Shown: one piece after another, positions 13,808 to 26,632 of the stretch
How the letters are laid out: each line of letters opens with the position of its first letter
Position numbering within the stretch: position 1 is the first letter of the stretch
Assembly: GCF_048593235.1 (NCBI RefSeq)
Contig: NC_133620.1
Span: 293,585,765 to 293,649,764, forward strand
Origin: Sminthopsis crassicaudata
Taxonomy: Eukaryota
Length of the DNA: 64,000 bases
Direction of reading: 5' to 3'
Notes under the pieces: generated by a model
Told to the model about the DNA's origin: nothing
The model's database searches: none
Seen by the model: the letters and a program-made list of their open reading frames with translations, nothing else
Program-made: the position numbers and the translations under genes

Positions 13808-15203
13808 TGTTGTGCCACACTCCTCTTTAATTGTCCTGCTCAGTTTCCCTCATTGATTCTGCCTCAGTTTTCTTAACTGTTCTGCCTCAGTCCCCTTTGT
13901 TGCAAAACCCCTCTCTGATTCATTGAAGACTGAGGGCCACTTGCTCTAAGGTTATAAATTGTTAATGTGAGACTCAAGATAAGGGGGAGTTCAGACTTCT
14001 TGGCTCCCATCAGAATGTCTGGTGGCTCCCACCATGCTATCAGAACCAGATTGATAGTCTTTTCCACTCTAAATGTTCTGATCCTCCCCTGCCTTGGTCT
14101 ACCCCTGTAGCTGAGCCATGTGTGTATACATGTCATTGAGAACTCACATTCACCCCTGGATACTTTGAGAATAGAATCCTGCAACTCTGAGATATCACTA
14201 CACACCTGTCAGATTGGCTAAGATGACAGGAACAAATAACGATGAATGTTGGAGGGGCTGTGGGAAAACTGGGACACTGATGCATTGTTGGTGGAGTTGT
14301 GAAAGAATCCAACCATTCTGGAAAGCAATCTGGAACTATGCCCCAAAAGTTATCAAACTGTGCATACCCTTTGACCTAGCCATACTACTACTGGGCTTAT
14401 ATCCCAAGGAAATACTAAAGAAGGGAAAGGGACCTGTATGTGCCAAAATGTTTGTGGCAGCACTCTTTGTAGTGGCTTTAGAAACTGGAAAATGAACAGA
14501 TGTCCATCAATTGGAGAATGGTTGGGTAAATTGTGGTATATGAATGTTTTGGAATATTATTGTTCTGTAAGAAATGACCAGCAGGATGAATACAGAGAGC
14601 CTTGGAGAGACTTATATCAACTGATATTGAGTGAAACGAGCAGAACCAGGAGATCATTATACACTTCAACAATGATACTATATGAGGATGCATTCTGATA
14701 GAAGTGAATATCTTCAACATAGAGAAGAGCTAATCCAATTTCAAATGATCAATGATGGACAGAATCAGCTACACCCAGAGAAGGAACACTGGGAAATGAG
14801 TGTAAACTGTGAGCTTTTTTTTGTTTTGTTTTTCTTCCCAGATTATTTTTACCTTCCAAATCCAATTCTTCCTTTGCAACAACAACAACAACAAAATTCA
14901 GTTCTGCACATATATATTGTACCTAGGATATACTATAATATATTTAATATGTATGGGAATGCCTGCCATCTAGGGGAGAGGGTGGAGGGAAGGAGAGGAA
15001 AATTCAGAACAGAAGTGAGTGTAAGGGATAATGTTGTAAAAAATTACCTATGCATATGTACTGTCAAAAAAAAAAGTTATAATTATAAAATTAATTAAAA
15101 AGAGAGAACAGAGTCCTGTCCAGTCAATCAAATTAATATAGAATTAAAATAGAATGTTGGGAGCTCTGGGACTCTATCTTGCCTCAGTTTCTCTGGCCCT
15201 ACA
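13808..15203 (+). mobile_element. Solo LTR (family B, tg...tgccaca...ccctaca) interrupted by an L1
   Basis: Homologous to LTRs at 27471-28894 and 50270-50345 (repeated cctcagtttccc motifs; tctatcttgcctcagtttctctggc..taca end). Confidence 0.7.
14208..15101 (+). mobile_element. 5'-truncated L1: ORF2 C-terminal Cys-rich region, 3' UTR and A-rich tail
   Basis: ORF 14214 translates ECWRGCGKTGTLMHCWWSC...WNYAPK (L1 ORF2 C-terminus), followed by typical marsupial L1 3' UTR. Confidence 0.93.
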
Positions 15204-15220
15204 TTTGCCTTCTTAGCTCT

Positions 15221-15470
15221 CAGGTCGATGTAGACATTAAGACTCTAGAGAGTCTCAATACCCATTTAGAAAAATCAGTGGATTCCCTAGCCAAGTTTGT
15301 GCAGAACCACCATGGATTAGACTTGCTGGTCATGAAGCAAGGGGGACTGTGTATGGCTCTGGGAGAATCTTGTTGAGTCTATGCATATCGGTCAGGTGTC
15401 ATTAGGGAATCGCTGGCCTCCTTGCGTAAGTGGTTAGATGACTGGGAGGTAAGACTTCAATATCCTGGTA
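15221..15470 (+). pseudogene. env: Gamma-type retroviral env TM remnant (immunosuppressive domain and CX6C)
   Basis: Translation SVDSLAKFVQNHHGLDLLVMKQGGLCMALGESC* matches the [26 protein letters not shown] consensus; stop replaces the last Cys. Confidence 0.88.
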
Positions 15471-15569
15471 TCAGTCACTACAGACCCCAAAAACTTTTCA
15501 CCCTCAAGATAACTTATTCCTCCTTGGCCTCAGATGAGTCACAACTTTGAACATAAAAAGGGGGAGTGA

Positions 15570-15700
15570 GGGGCAGCTAGGGGAGCAAGGGATAGAGCAT
15601 CAACCTTGAATTCAGGAGGACCAAATTTGATCTCAGACACTTAACACTTCCTAGTGTGTGACCCTGGGCAAGTCACTTAACCCCAGTCTCAGGAAAAAAA
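15570..15700 (+). mobile_element. WSINE1-like SINE inserted at the ERV PPT/3' LTR junction
   Basis: ggggcagctagg...ttgatctcagacacttaacacttcctag..gtgaccctgggcaagtcacttaacccc; flanked by duplicated aaaaaggggg(ggg)agtga. Confidence 0.85.
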
Positions 15701-16084
15701 AAGGGGGGGGAGTGAAATGGAAATAGACAAAAGACTAGCCCCTTCAGCCCTGAGTCAAGGGGCCTCAGGCTTATAGGAAAATGTTGCTTAAACTAAATTA
15801 AGTAAAGTGTTATGTTCAGACTGGGCCCCATCCCCCGGTTCATGAGACCTTAGACTTTCCTTCTGTTAGACACTAACAGATCTAACACAGACTATGTTGT
15901 CAGGTTCTGTTGTATGCTCACTCACATCCAAACATTTTCCTATTATAAAACCGAAAGGCTGTAACAAGATGTGGCAAACATGCTTAAAAGTGTACCTCAC
16001 TAAAGGTTCGGGGCTGATCTCTACTAGCCTGTCTAGTGGGGTCATTTGCTGGCCAGCTAATAAATGATTTAAATTGAATAATCT

Positions 16085-17230
16085 TGCCCAAGCTTTAAAA
16101 ATATAAAATCAAAATACTTTAAAAATGTAAAACCTTAAGAGTTTAAAAATTTTAAATCAAAATTTAAAAATTACAAGCAATCACATAATATGTATTACCA
16201 CATCTTGTGCATATCCCAAAATTCCCTTCTCTTGTTTAGAGAAGATCTTGGGGATATAGTCTGTCAAGTAATAACTTTATTAGTAGGATTATAAGAAATG
16301 CCAATGGAATGGGCAAAATAAACTTCAATGCAAAAACATCTACAGGCAAAATATTTGTAAGCCATAATGTCCATTGGTCTTAAAACATTAAATTTCAAAC
16401 CATAAGGGTTTTGTCCTATAAGGAGCATAGGAGAGTAAAAAGAAAGATAAGCTATATAACCTTTTGCCATGCTCCTAGCTTCTTCTTTAGTTATCACAAT
16501 TTGCAAATATAGGACTAGCAGCCTGATTATAAAAGATATGATTTGAAAATCCACTCTGAAAATGGACATGTAGGGTATATTTATCTGAGCGCTTTCTCAC
16601 TCGCTCTCAAAGTTCTTAAAAGAGCTGATATCTCTTCAGTGGCCTGCCACTCATACAGTTAATGAAAAAAGGACACTCGGTTCATGATATCCCTGAATTC
16701 TTTTGCCTAAAATCAAAGTTTGAATTTCTGATACCCAATTGTACTTTAGGAAGTGTGAATCAATAAATCTGATATTACTTTTCCTTCTGGGTCAAAGATT
16801 ACACACTGTCTATTTATTCTAGTGATTAAAACAGCAATTTTCCAAACCATTCTAAAAATACTCAAAGGGAGTTGGGAAATCAAGCCCACCTGTGGAAGTG
16901 GAAAATCCACGAGGTAAGAAAAGAGGAGTTCCAATTTTCCAAAGACTATCCTAGCAGTTTTATAAGTATAAAACTCTACTTTCTCTAACTGCAAGATCTT
17001 ATCCTTGTAAGGTTTCTTAGATATTAACAGAACAGTATTTTAAAATTTTTTCTGATTATAGTCAATACACCACAATTCCTTTTTGCCTTGGGCCTTAAAA
17101 CCTACTCGCTTCTTTTGAAATGAAGACACAGGAGTTTTGAATGGATTAATGGGCAGTGCTGATGATATTATCTCCCTTCCTTTTCCTCCTCCCCCTTCTC
17201 CCTCAGCCCAAGAAGGTGGGGCTGTCAGTC
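16085..17230 (-). mobile_element. Older, disrupted relative of the internal region of the young LTR element at 42310-46270
   Basis: Reverse complement aligns to about 43545-44260; ORF 16746-16994 (QLEKVEFYTYKTARIVFGKLELLFSYLVDFPLPQV...RQCVIFDPEGK) is near-identical to residues 260-336 of the 340-aa ORF. Confidence 0.9.
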
Positions 17231-18339
17231 CACTAGTTAATATATATTATCTTTGAAGTAAATATTCCTTTGTAGAAGTGAATCCAACTATCAAGTGGTT
17301 CTTATGCACTGTGCTGCAAGAGACTCACAACTGTGGGAGCTCTTTCATTGGGACCTGGAAGACAACTATAGATATGTCTAATCTCTTTAAGTGTACCAGA
17401 AAAGTCTGGAGGGAGGGGTTGAAAAAGTAGCAACCTGCGTGATCCTGAAAAAGTAGTATTCCTGGCTTTTTTTCTACTCCTGAGTGAAGGATAGTCACTG
17501 TTATTAATGAATGAATATTAGAACTAGAATGCATCACTTTGCAACCTTGTGAACTTTAAAATGTTGAAAGATCCATTAACAGTTACCTAGGTCACTGGAG
17601 CCAGTAACTGAAACAGTTGAGTAAAGAAACAGGCTCACTAAGAAATCAAAATGATTCTCTTTTTCTGGTTCACAGAAGGAGGGGCTGGAGAGCCAGTTCC
17701 TATTAACTGAAAGATCATTACATTTTGAATGCATTTCCCTTTTCTCTGCTAAATCCCTGCCACCCCCAGACTTTTTGAGAAGCAGTTGGATTTGGAAGTT
17801 TTGATCTATTTCCTAAATGTTTTCATTTCTAAACCCACTGGAAATATAATGAAATTTACTAGTCAAAAAATCTTTGTCTGTCTGTTGGCTGTGTTAATGA
17901 CTAAAGAGAGAAAAATTTTCAAAAGGCTGGCATTTGTTAAAAACAAAACAAAATAAACAAATGAAATGGGTTTTGTTTGTTTTTGCTAAACCAAGCTTGC
18001 CTAAAGATAAAATCACAGAGATTGGGAAAGTGTTGATGTTTTCTCCTTTTAAGTGTTTCCTGGCACAGATGAAACTCAGAGAAGTATCTGATATTAATGG
18101 AAGGAAATCCCCCAGAGAAAAAGGCAAGAAAAGTGTCAAACTGAGATTCTCAGGTCCCCTTGCCCTTTCTTCCAGGGGCTTGAAAGTCCTCAAGTTGGAG
18201 GTGAGAGGATGATTGCAAGTGGTGCTGTGATAGGCTATCTGGAAAGTTCACATTGCACACATTTACCATACTGACATCTGTTTAGCACTTAGTTATAAGC
18301 AAAGACCTCAGCAGACTCTTCAATACTATTCATTACAGT

Positions 18340-18830
18340 GATATTAAACATCCCAGGCTGGGCTGAGGATCACTTCTATGAAGACAAACACAGCATCATA
18401 GTCAGCTACCTTACCAATGGTATACTCCTCAACTTGAAAAGGCTACAAGTCAAAATACTAAAGTGAATGGAGTGTTGGGCCATGACTTTTTGTTTGCACT
18501 CCATGCAGCTTCTAAGGTTGAGATGCAACAAAGTTTGGATCGACTCTCTGCTGTTTGTGTGCTAATTTTGGCCTAACAATTAACAGCAAGAAAATGCAGG
18601 TGCTCTATCACCCAGCACTACACCATTCATACCTGAAACCATTGGTTACAACAAATGGAGACATTTTATACTGGGGTAAGTTCGCTTCTCTTGGTAGTAC
18701 ACTTCCAGGGATGTACATATATATATTGATGATAAGTGTTTGGGAAGCTCGAAAAGAAAGTGTGGGAGAGAAGAGGTAATGAATGCCTGTGAAACCTGGA
18801 CGATATACCTGCTCTGTGCCAGGAAGCTGT
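18340..18830 (+). mobile_element. RTE-clade LINE reverse transcriptase fragment
   Basis: Residual translation YLTNGILLNLKRLQ...DFLFA...EMQQSLDR...CANFGLTINSKKMQVL...FASLGSTL matches RTE-type RT C-terminal motifs. Confidence 0.8.
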
Positions 18831-19289
18831 AACATGACTATAACAGTGATGTCATTTTGGTCCTTTTCAAGAGTGGAAGACCAACCAACTATGATAATGA
18901 TATCAAAGAGCCTAGTCTGTGTTGAAGAAGAGAGGACTTGTTCCTAGCTCCCACTTAAAATATTTCCCAGCCACTTCCATTGTCTTCCTTTGTGCATGAA
19001 TTTCTCTCTAGTTACTCTCTAGACTCTGATACAGGGAAGAATGATTTTCTTTCAAACCTGTCATGGGAAGACAATGAAAGAGGAAGCTTCCCATGCCAGC
19101 CACAGCTCACTCATAACTTTCTCCCACCAAAGACTCATTTGCCTAAGGGGTGATATAAATACAAATTTTTTTTTTTTTCCCTGCTCTGCAAAGTTATAAA
19201 ATATGAAAGACAATTCCTCTGAGCTCCCTTGACAGGGAATGCCCCCATCAGCTAAAAACACCCTTATTGTGGGGCCTGAATGTGGATCA

Positions 19290-19422
19290 CAACATGCATT
19301 TTCATCTTTCTTGAAGTTGTTTGCTTGTTTTTGTTTTCTTTCTCATTTTTCCCCTTTTTGATCTGATTTTTCTTGTCCAGCATGATAAATTGTGGAAATA
19401 TGTAAATATGTGTGTGTGTGTG

Positions 19423-19464
<42 letters not shown>

Positions 19465-19608
19465 AATTGCACAAATTTAACATATATTGGACTACTTGCT
19501 GTCTAGGGGAGAGGGTGAAGCAAGAGAGGGAGAAAAAAATTGGAACACAAGGCTTTGCAAGGGAGAATGCTGAGAACTAACTTTGCATATATTTTGAAAA
19601 TAAAAAGA
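19290..19608 (+). mobile_element. L1 3' UTR fragment containing a (TG)n(TA)n microsatellite at 19409-19462
   Basis: ctgatttttcttgtccagcatgataa...ttaacatatattggactacttgctgtctagggg...ggaacacaaggctttgcaagg...aaaataaaaag. Confidence 0.8.
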
Positions 19609-20610
19609 GACACAACAAGAACAAAAATTCCCATTCTTACTCCCATCCCCACAATATATACAACTTAAGAGACTTCCTCCCTATTACCCTTACTGCAATC
19701 CAATAGATCAGTAAATGCAATGATTAACTCTTAGAGAAATCACATGAATAGATGGGTTAACTTCTCTGTTCTCCTCAATCTCACTTGCCATTCATCTTTG
19801 GACTGGGGATGATTAAGGAGTTCCCTGTGTTATCCAAGCAAGGAGCCAGAGTACACGTTCAGCTGCAGGAGAGGTGTTCCAGTCCATCAAGTGAAGGATC
19901 TCCCCGATTATTCATGTTACAAATTCACTTTGCTGGAAGTTTAGTTTAGTTTAACTTTTTTTTTTTTTTTTAAATCTCCCTCCATTACTGGCACAGTAGT
20001 TGGCAAATAGAAGGTGCTTTATAAATGTTTCTTGAATCAAATATTGAAATATATATATATACACACACATAATTCGATATTATTTGACATGCACCTAGAT
20101 GGATAATTTATGGGGTTAATGCCTCAGTGTAGCGGTCTTAGGCACCATAAGTTCAATTTTTAGCTAATTCTAAATCAATAATTAATTTAATTAATTATAT
20201 AATTAATAATTAGTTTAATTATCTCAGGATACAGGAGAGACATTTTCACATCTGCTAGGCCTAAGGGTTGATCTGGAGAAAAACACCAGCCTTTATTTTA
20301 TTTTATTGCCTTTATTTTAAGAAAGAGAATAAGGAGGCAGAAATAAATCAGAAGATCATCTTGGGTGGGTAGGGGGAGAGGAGATGGGTAGAGGGGTGGA
20401 GAGGAGAAACAGGACACAATAACTTTAGGGGCTTTCTCAAACCACAAGCAAAAGGAAGAGTAAAGAAAGGGGAAGAAAGGTAGCTTCCTGTCTCTGAAGG
20501 AAAACAGATCCACACTCAGCTTTCCAAACTATATGGAGCTCTTTCCACAGAGATTTAGGATGTCATTAGGATGATTCAGATGAGAAAATGTGTCCTGGGT
20601 GGAAGATTAC

Positions 20611-21016
20611 TGTGGAGATTAAAATTATCCCATCTACAATAAGAGAGACTGAAGCAGAGGTGTGAGACAATGGCACTTTATTGAAGGGTCCATGGTTCCC
20701 TCCGATGAAGTGGACCTCAGATCTTCCTCATGATCTGAGATGCCATCTCCCCTTAGGGCTAAACTTTTATAGAGTTATAGTTATGTTAAATATGGAATGG
20801 TGATTTCATTGGTTAACATAGGCTAAAATATGACTACCAGCAGGGTCCCAAGTTGGGTGAAGTCAGTCTGTGTGTGAGCAGTCAGTGACCTAAGTGGTCA
20901 TAAGATGGTCCCCTGCTCCTCTTGGACAAATGATAGGTCTGGAGTTACAAAAATCTTTTGGGGAGACTTCTCTTGTAGTTGTGATCTCTGCCATGCTGGG
21001 CTTGGTCACCATGACA
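20611..21016. mobile_element. Probable solo LTR (TG...CA)
   Basis: Starts tgtggag, ends atgaca; minus-strand AATAAA- and TATA-like motifs; no TSD seen. Confidence 0.5.
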
Positions 21017-24000
21017 AGGCAAAAACAAGGCAGGGGAGGGGCTTCCCATAGTTAAGCAAGTAAACTTTGAATCTGTAGCTCACAGGTCTGAGGGCTAATA
21101 TACAGAACTTGATATGATCCTATCAAATTGATTAATACTGAATGGGATAGAACAGGGTCCAAATGAATTATTTCTCTCAGTGCACAAGGCCATACAATTG
21201 GGGTCTGGACAAAAAAAGCGTTCCTTTCTATAAAGGGGATACCCATTTTCTCTAGGGCTGCGGTATCACAGTCAAATAGAAATACTGGCTACCTATTGAT
21301 TTGGAAAACCACAAATTAGCATTGTCTATGTTGTAATGTATTTTTAATTTAATTTGTAAAACATTTCCCAATTACATTTATTCTGGTTCTCTTGTGGCCA
21401 ACATGTGACACTTCTGGCAGAGAGTTTGATGCCTCTGCCCTAGGGGTCCCCACAATAATAGGGGATCCCCACGGAGATCCAGGAAATTTCTCCAGAGTCC
21501 TTATTCCCCTACAGAAATCCCCCATACACATCCTTGCCACTGCAAAGGTTAAATGGAATTGCCATCTCATCCAAAAGGGCAAGTTGGCTCACAGTGAAGA
21601 GAAATAGTAAAGCATGTCAGCTACTCCTAGATACAGTTATTCTCACCCTAACAAGTGGTAGGGCATCTTCCATTCACAAAAGGCAAGCAGTCTGGATCTG
21701 TCTAAATGCTGTGGGGTCCCACAACCAAAGGAATTCCGAGCTTCCCCCACCCTAAACCAATTGATATTGAAGGAAAGGTCTGGGAGCTCCAGAATTATTA
21801 TGAAAGTCTTTCAATAATCATCTGGGTTACTTACATAGGGGCTTGTCTGGAGTGACTGAGGGTCTCTGATCCCTGCCATGTAGTCCGAGGTGGCAGCCAT
21901 ATTATTCAGTGAATCTCGAAAAAAGACCCCCCAAAGTTCCATGGTGATTATAGAAATAAGACAAAGGTAGGAGGGGCTATCGACATCATGCATACCTCAA
22001 TGCAGTTTGGTTCAAGTTTTGAGTTACTGCTTGGGAGCTGGCTCTGGTTCTGGAACCTGGGTGCAAGGCCAGCCCAGGTGACTAGATGTTCAGACGCTCA
22101 GGGCTATGGGCTGGTAAGTTCCCAGACACACACAAGGTTATTTGCTAGACACTGTGTCCTTGTAACAGCTTTCACTCCTCTTGGTATCGTTTTCATCCCA
22201 GCAAGGGACTCCACATTCCATCTCTGAAGTCCTTGTCATGGCTTTTACCAAGCAGAGCCCCACACTCCACCTCTGGAAGCCACCCATACATTCTTTCTTA
22301 GCATCTTCTGCAAGGTCCCTGGGGCAGTTCTCCACTGGGTTTTTTAGGGCCTTTTGGGATAAGTCAGGATGAATGTAAGCACAAACTGCAAAAACAATAT
22401 AAGCACAGGTAGTTAAATAAGAGGACCAGTAAGAAAATTACCACAGCTGTTACTTCTTTCCACCTGGCATTTGGTAGTACAACAATGACCTTTGATCCCA
22501 CTACCAATGTTCATTTATTTCGTCCTGGAATTCAGACATGCCCCGTCCTCGTTTGGCCTCTGGAATATCTTTCCATGGGGCACTCTGGAAATTGTCTTGT
22601 CCTCAAGGGCAGCTCATCTGTAGAATTGTTCGTCTTCAGGATACTTGCAGAGGCTCATCAGATGTCCCTGCTAAAATCGTTTACAAGAGAGATGCAACAA
22701 GTCGATACAAGCTGGCACAGCCTCTCAAATTTTCTTGCGCCCCTAACTGGCTTATGTTGTGAAAATTAGCTCAGACCTCACAGTTCTAATCAATACCAGA
22801 GCTAAGAGGGGGCGCACCAAAGTAGGAACCCAGAGTTTACCTGGAACTTTTAAGTCTTTTCATGTCCCATTAAAATCACTAACATTTAACATACGGGACT
22901 GTGCGGTCTTGTTGCTTTCCCAAAAGTTTCTATTCTGTTCCCAATTCCTTTAGGAGCATCGCAGGCTATTGAGGATTCAGTCCTATACACGAAAACATGT
23001 CACAACCCTCTTGCAGAAAGAGACTTTCCACCCCTAGGTTCAAGGTGACACAAATGAATGTAGTTAAAAGAGGCATGTCTAACTATAGTCTAACTATAAT
23101 AAAAGGGGTGGGAGGGTACTTAAGTATTTAAGTAAAACATTACACAGGTTTGTGTACACAGGTTGTGTGTAAGGGAAAAAAACTGTGGTTTCTTTGTTTG
23201 TTTTTATCGAAGGATACTGGGCGCAAACAGAAGTTATAAGCCAGAATAAAATTAACTTTTCCATGGATGGAACTCAAAATATTCCATAAGTTACCTCCCT
23301 CTAAGACAACTGATTGTCCTAAAATTCTCTTCTGAAAGATACCACACTGAAGAGATTTCCAATTTAGCTTCAATTTAATCCCACAGAATAACAGTTGTAT
23401 CATTAGCCGACACCCAGAAGGACCTTATTTCACACAGACATATGTACATCTAGTAACAGGCAGATGACTACCCGAGGACCAGTTCCCCCAATCGTTTGGG
23501 ATATGGAAGGACTATGTATTCAGACTGAAACAGTAAAGTCTTCTTAATGCTTGCATCGCGCCTGTGTCTTCTATTGACCCCTGGCGAGAAATTTGCTATG
23601 GGAGAAAAAAAAAAAAAAAAAAAGCTGGGGCCTGATTCTAACAGCATCAAACTGGTCCTTGGGGCCCAAGCCTAAGGGCACATATGTGGCAGGATAAAGC
23701 ATCCTGAGCTGGGTTTGACTTCAGCTGGGAGTCACCTCTGACAACAATTCCAAAACCTCATAGCCAGACTCAGGAATGATCGGATGGAAAACATCCCTGT
23801 TCAAAGGAACACAATGAGGAAACTGAGCCAATTTAGGCAAGGCCAAAGATTGTCTCTGGCACCTTTTGCCCAGATAGACTTCCACCTGTAGTAGTTCAGG
23901 ATCACATCCTTCCGAGTAGCTTGTGGCGTTTCTCAAATGGTGGGTTACTGATTTAGTGATCCACCAGACAATCATACCTGCATTCAAAACTCAAAGCCAT

Positions 24001-24478
24001 TCTCATTTACAGTCCCAAGAGATATTATCTCAAATAGCAAGTTCCACTGATAACAGTTTAGGGCTAGATAGTTATTTTTACCCTCATGGAGTTACTATAA
24101 GCAAGGGACTGTGTGAGCAGGACTCACTCACAGAGTGTGGGCTGGAATAATCCAAAGGATTGTGGTGGGTAGCACCAAGAGCTTCCCTGGGCGGGATTAG
24201 AGGATTTGGATAGTAGAAGAGGGCAACATTTGTAAGGTGCCTGAGGGAACTAGGAGGAATCAGGAGAATCTAACCAGCATGAGTGAGGACAGCTTTGCCC
24301 AATAGTCAGTGGGGTGGGAGAGCCGTTCTTGGAATCCACACCTCTCCCAGGGCACTGCCCACCTTTTGGGCAGTAACATTTTTCCTGACCTGTACCCTTA
24401 GGAGTAATGCTCTCCTCTCTCAGGGCCTTTTGCAGCCCTTAAGGATTTGGCAGGAGGAGACTCGGTGGTAAAGGATAA

Positions 24479-24528
24479 GTGCAGGATGGTGCAGGACCGT
24501 GCAGGGCCGTGCAGGGCGGTGCAGGGCC
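24479..24528. repeat. Five tandem copies of a 10-bp unit GTGCAGG(A/G)NN
   Basis: gtgcaggatg gtgcaggacc gtgcagggcc gtgcagggcg gtgcagggcc. Confidence 0.9.
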
Positions 24529-25217
24529 TGGGATGCTCTAGATAGAAAGTCCGCCTGGAGGAGTCCTCTGAGAGTGTGACAGGTTTTGTTTGGCTTGAAA
24601 ACTTTCCCCATCTCTACTTCTCTACCGGAGACTGCAAAACTGGGGACTTTATTTCCACACGAACCCGGGAGCTCAGTTGCACAGGTCAGAGTGTGGCACT
24701 GTGTGAGATCTCTACAACCAGCATAGGCGGCGATATAAAAAGTGGCAGAATCTCGTCTCTCCACCTTCTGACATTGTCAGGGTACACAATTCACACGATT
24801 TACTTTTCATTTTACGCTCACTGTGGCTTTTAAGCATGTTAGAGGCAGTGGGAGGAGTCACTTCTCACTGTTGGGAATTGGATCTATTAGAAAGAGACTG
24901 ATTTATGAATCAGTTGCCAGGAGGGTTAATGATTGGCATGGATGCGCCCCGAGAGAGGCCGAGAGCCAGTTCACAAGGGGAGTTCACCTCCTCCCCAAAC
25001 CAGGCCGGGGCCAGCATTTCAGAGCCACGGCTCGTAAAGTCGCGGGGACTCGTTCCACTGGAGTAGGTTCACAAGGACAAGCAGACTCCAACCACTCAAA
25101 GCCATCCCCCCCCCTCCTCCACCTCTCCCCCCCCCACCAGCTAGGATAGTGGAACTCACCCCTTCCCGCTTCGAGTAAGAAAACGAGGCACAGCTCCCCT
25201 TAAGTGAGAGAGTGGGT

Positions 25218-25233
25218 GGCCCTGAAAAGGGCC
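25218..25233 (-). terminator. Histone 3' stem-loop (H4) with downstream HDE
   Basis: Minus strand CCCAAA-GGCCCTTTTCAGGGCC-ACCCA followed by AAGGGGAGCTG. Confidence 0.97.
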
Positions 25234-25278
25234 TTTGGGGAACGAGAAGCGGACAGTGTTCGACCCCGGCAGAAGCGC

Positions 25279-25800
<522 letters not shown>

Positions 25801-26454
25801 TTACTCAATTCTTTTTTTATTTCTTTACCAGGAACGGCGGGTGATTCTTTTCAGAAACACTAGATTTAGCTTCTCATTTTCCATTCTAAACTCGGAAGCC
25901 ATTCTTGCAAAGTGTTGACAGGCGTTGACTTTAGTTCAATCAGTTCGTCATTTGGCTAGTCTTGCCGGGGCGCCCCCACCCCCTTGTCGGGTTACGCGCC
26001 ATATCATGTCGTGGTTTTACATCCTAGTGTGAAAAGTTTAAATTTCCAGTCGTTGGAATATGTTGCGGAGATGGGGGGGGGGGAGGGGAGGGAAGGAGGA
26101 AAGGAGCATCAGGTTGCCTTTACATGCAATTTATACTTGAAAGCAGGGGTTATTAATCTGGGGGTCCTTGGCTTTTTTTTTTCTTTTCTTTGAGCCCTTT
26201 GACAACTGCACTTCTATTTAATCGGTTTCCCTTGTAATCCTATTTTCCTTTGTGTACTTGAAAGCATTACTCTGAGGCGTGCATACATTTCGCCGGACTG
26301 CCCAGTATCTGGAAAACTTAAGGACGCTCCACCCTATATCCAAACACCCCTAACTAAAAGGAAACAAACAGCCACTCTACCGGACTGTTGGATAGTCACT
26401 TTTCAGGCGTGTCCGACTCTCCGGGACCCCTTTTGAGATGTTTTTGACAAAGAT

Positions 26455-26632
26455 ACCGGAGTAGTTTGCCATTTGCTCCTTCAGCTCATTTTTACCGAAG
26501 AGGAAAGGGAGAGAAGTACGGTCATGTGACTTGCCTAAGGACACACAGCCCATAAGCACCGAGCGCCGTATTTGAACTGAGGCCTTCCTGACTTCTGGCC
26601 TGGCATTCCATCCATTGCGCCACCTAGCGGCC
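26455..26632 (-). mobile_element. Mar1-like SINE ending in a CTCF-like motif (26615-26633)
   Basis: gtgacttgcctaagg.cacacagc...atttgaactgaggccttcctgact...ccattgcgccacctagc; mirror copy at 62949-63126. Confidence 0.8.

Larger units (their letters stand above)
11572..16090 (+). mobile_element. Deleted gamma-type (ERV1) provirus with two diverged LTRs, PBS-Gln and env TM remnant
   Basis: 5' LTR 11572-11984 and homologous 3' LTR 15713-16090; PBS tggaggttactaccgagat at 11987-12005 resembles the tRNA-Gln PBS TGGAGGTCCCACCGAGAT; polypurine tract before the 3' LTR. Confidence 0.85.

Noticed and set aside
21147-21167. Plus-strand peptide IEQGPNE resembling a capsid major homology region
   Set aside because: Only seven residues, flanked by stops with no further Gag similarity; could be chance.
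25009-25028. tttcagagccac resembling half a histone stem-loop
   Set aside because: The 5' stem arm does not pair and no histone coding remnant lies upstream.
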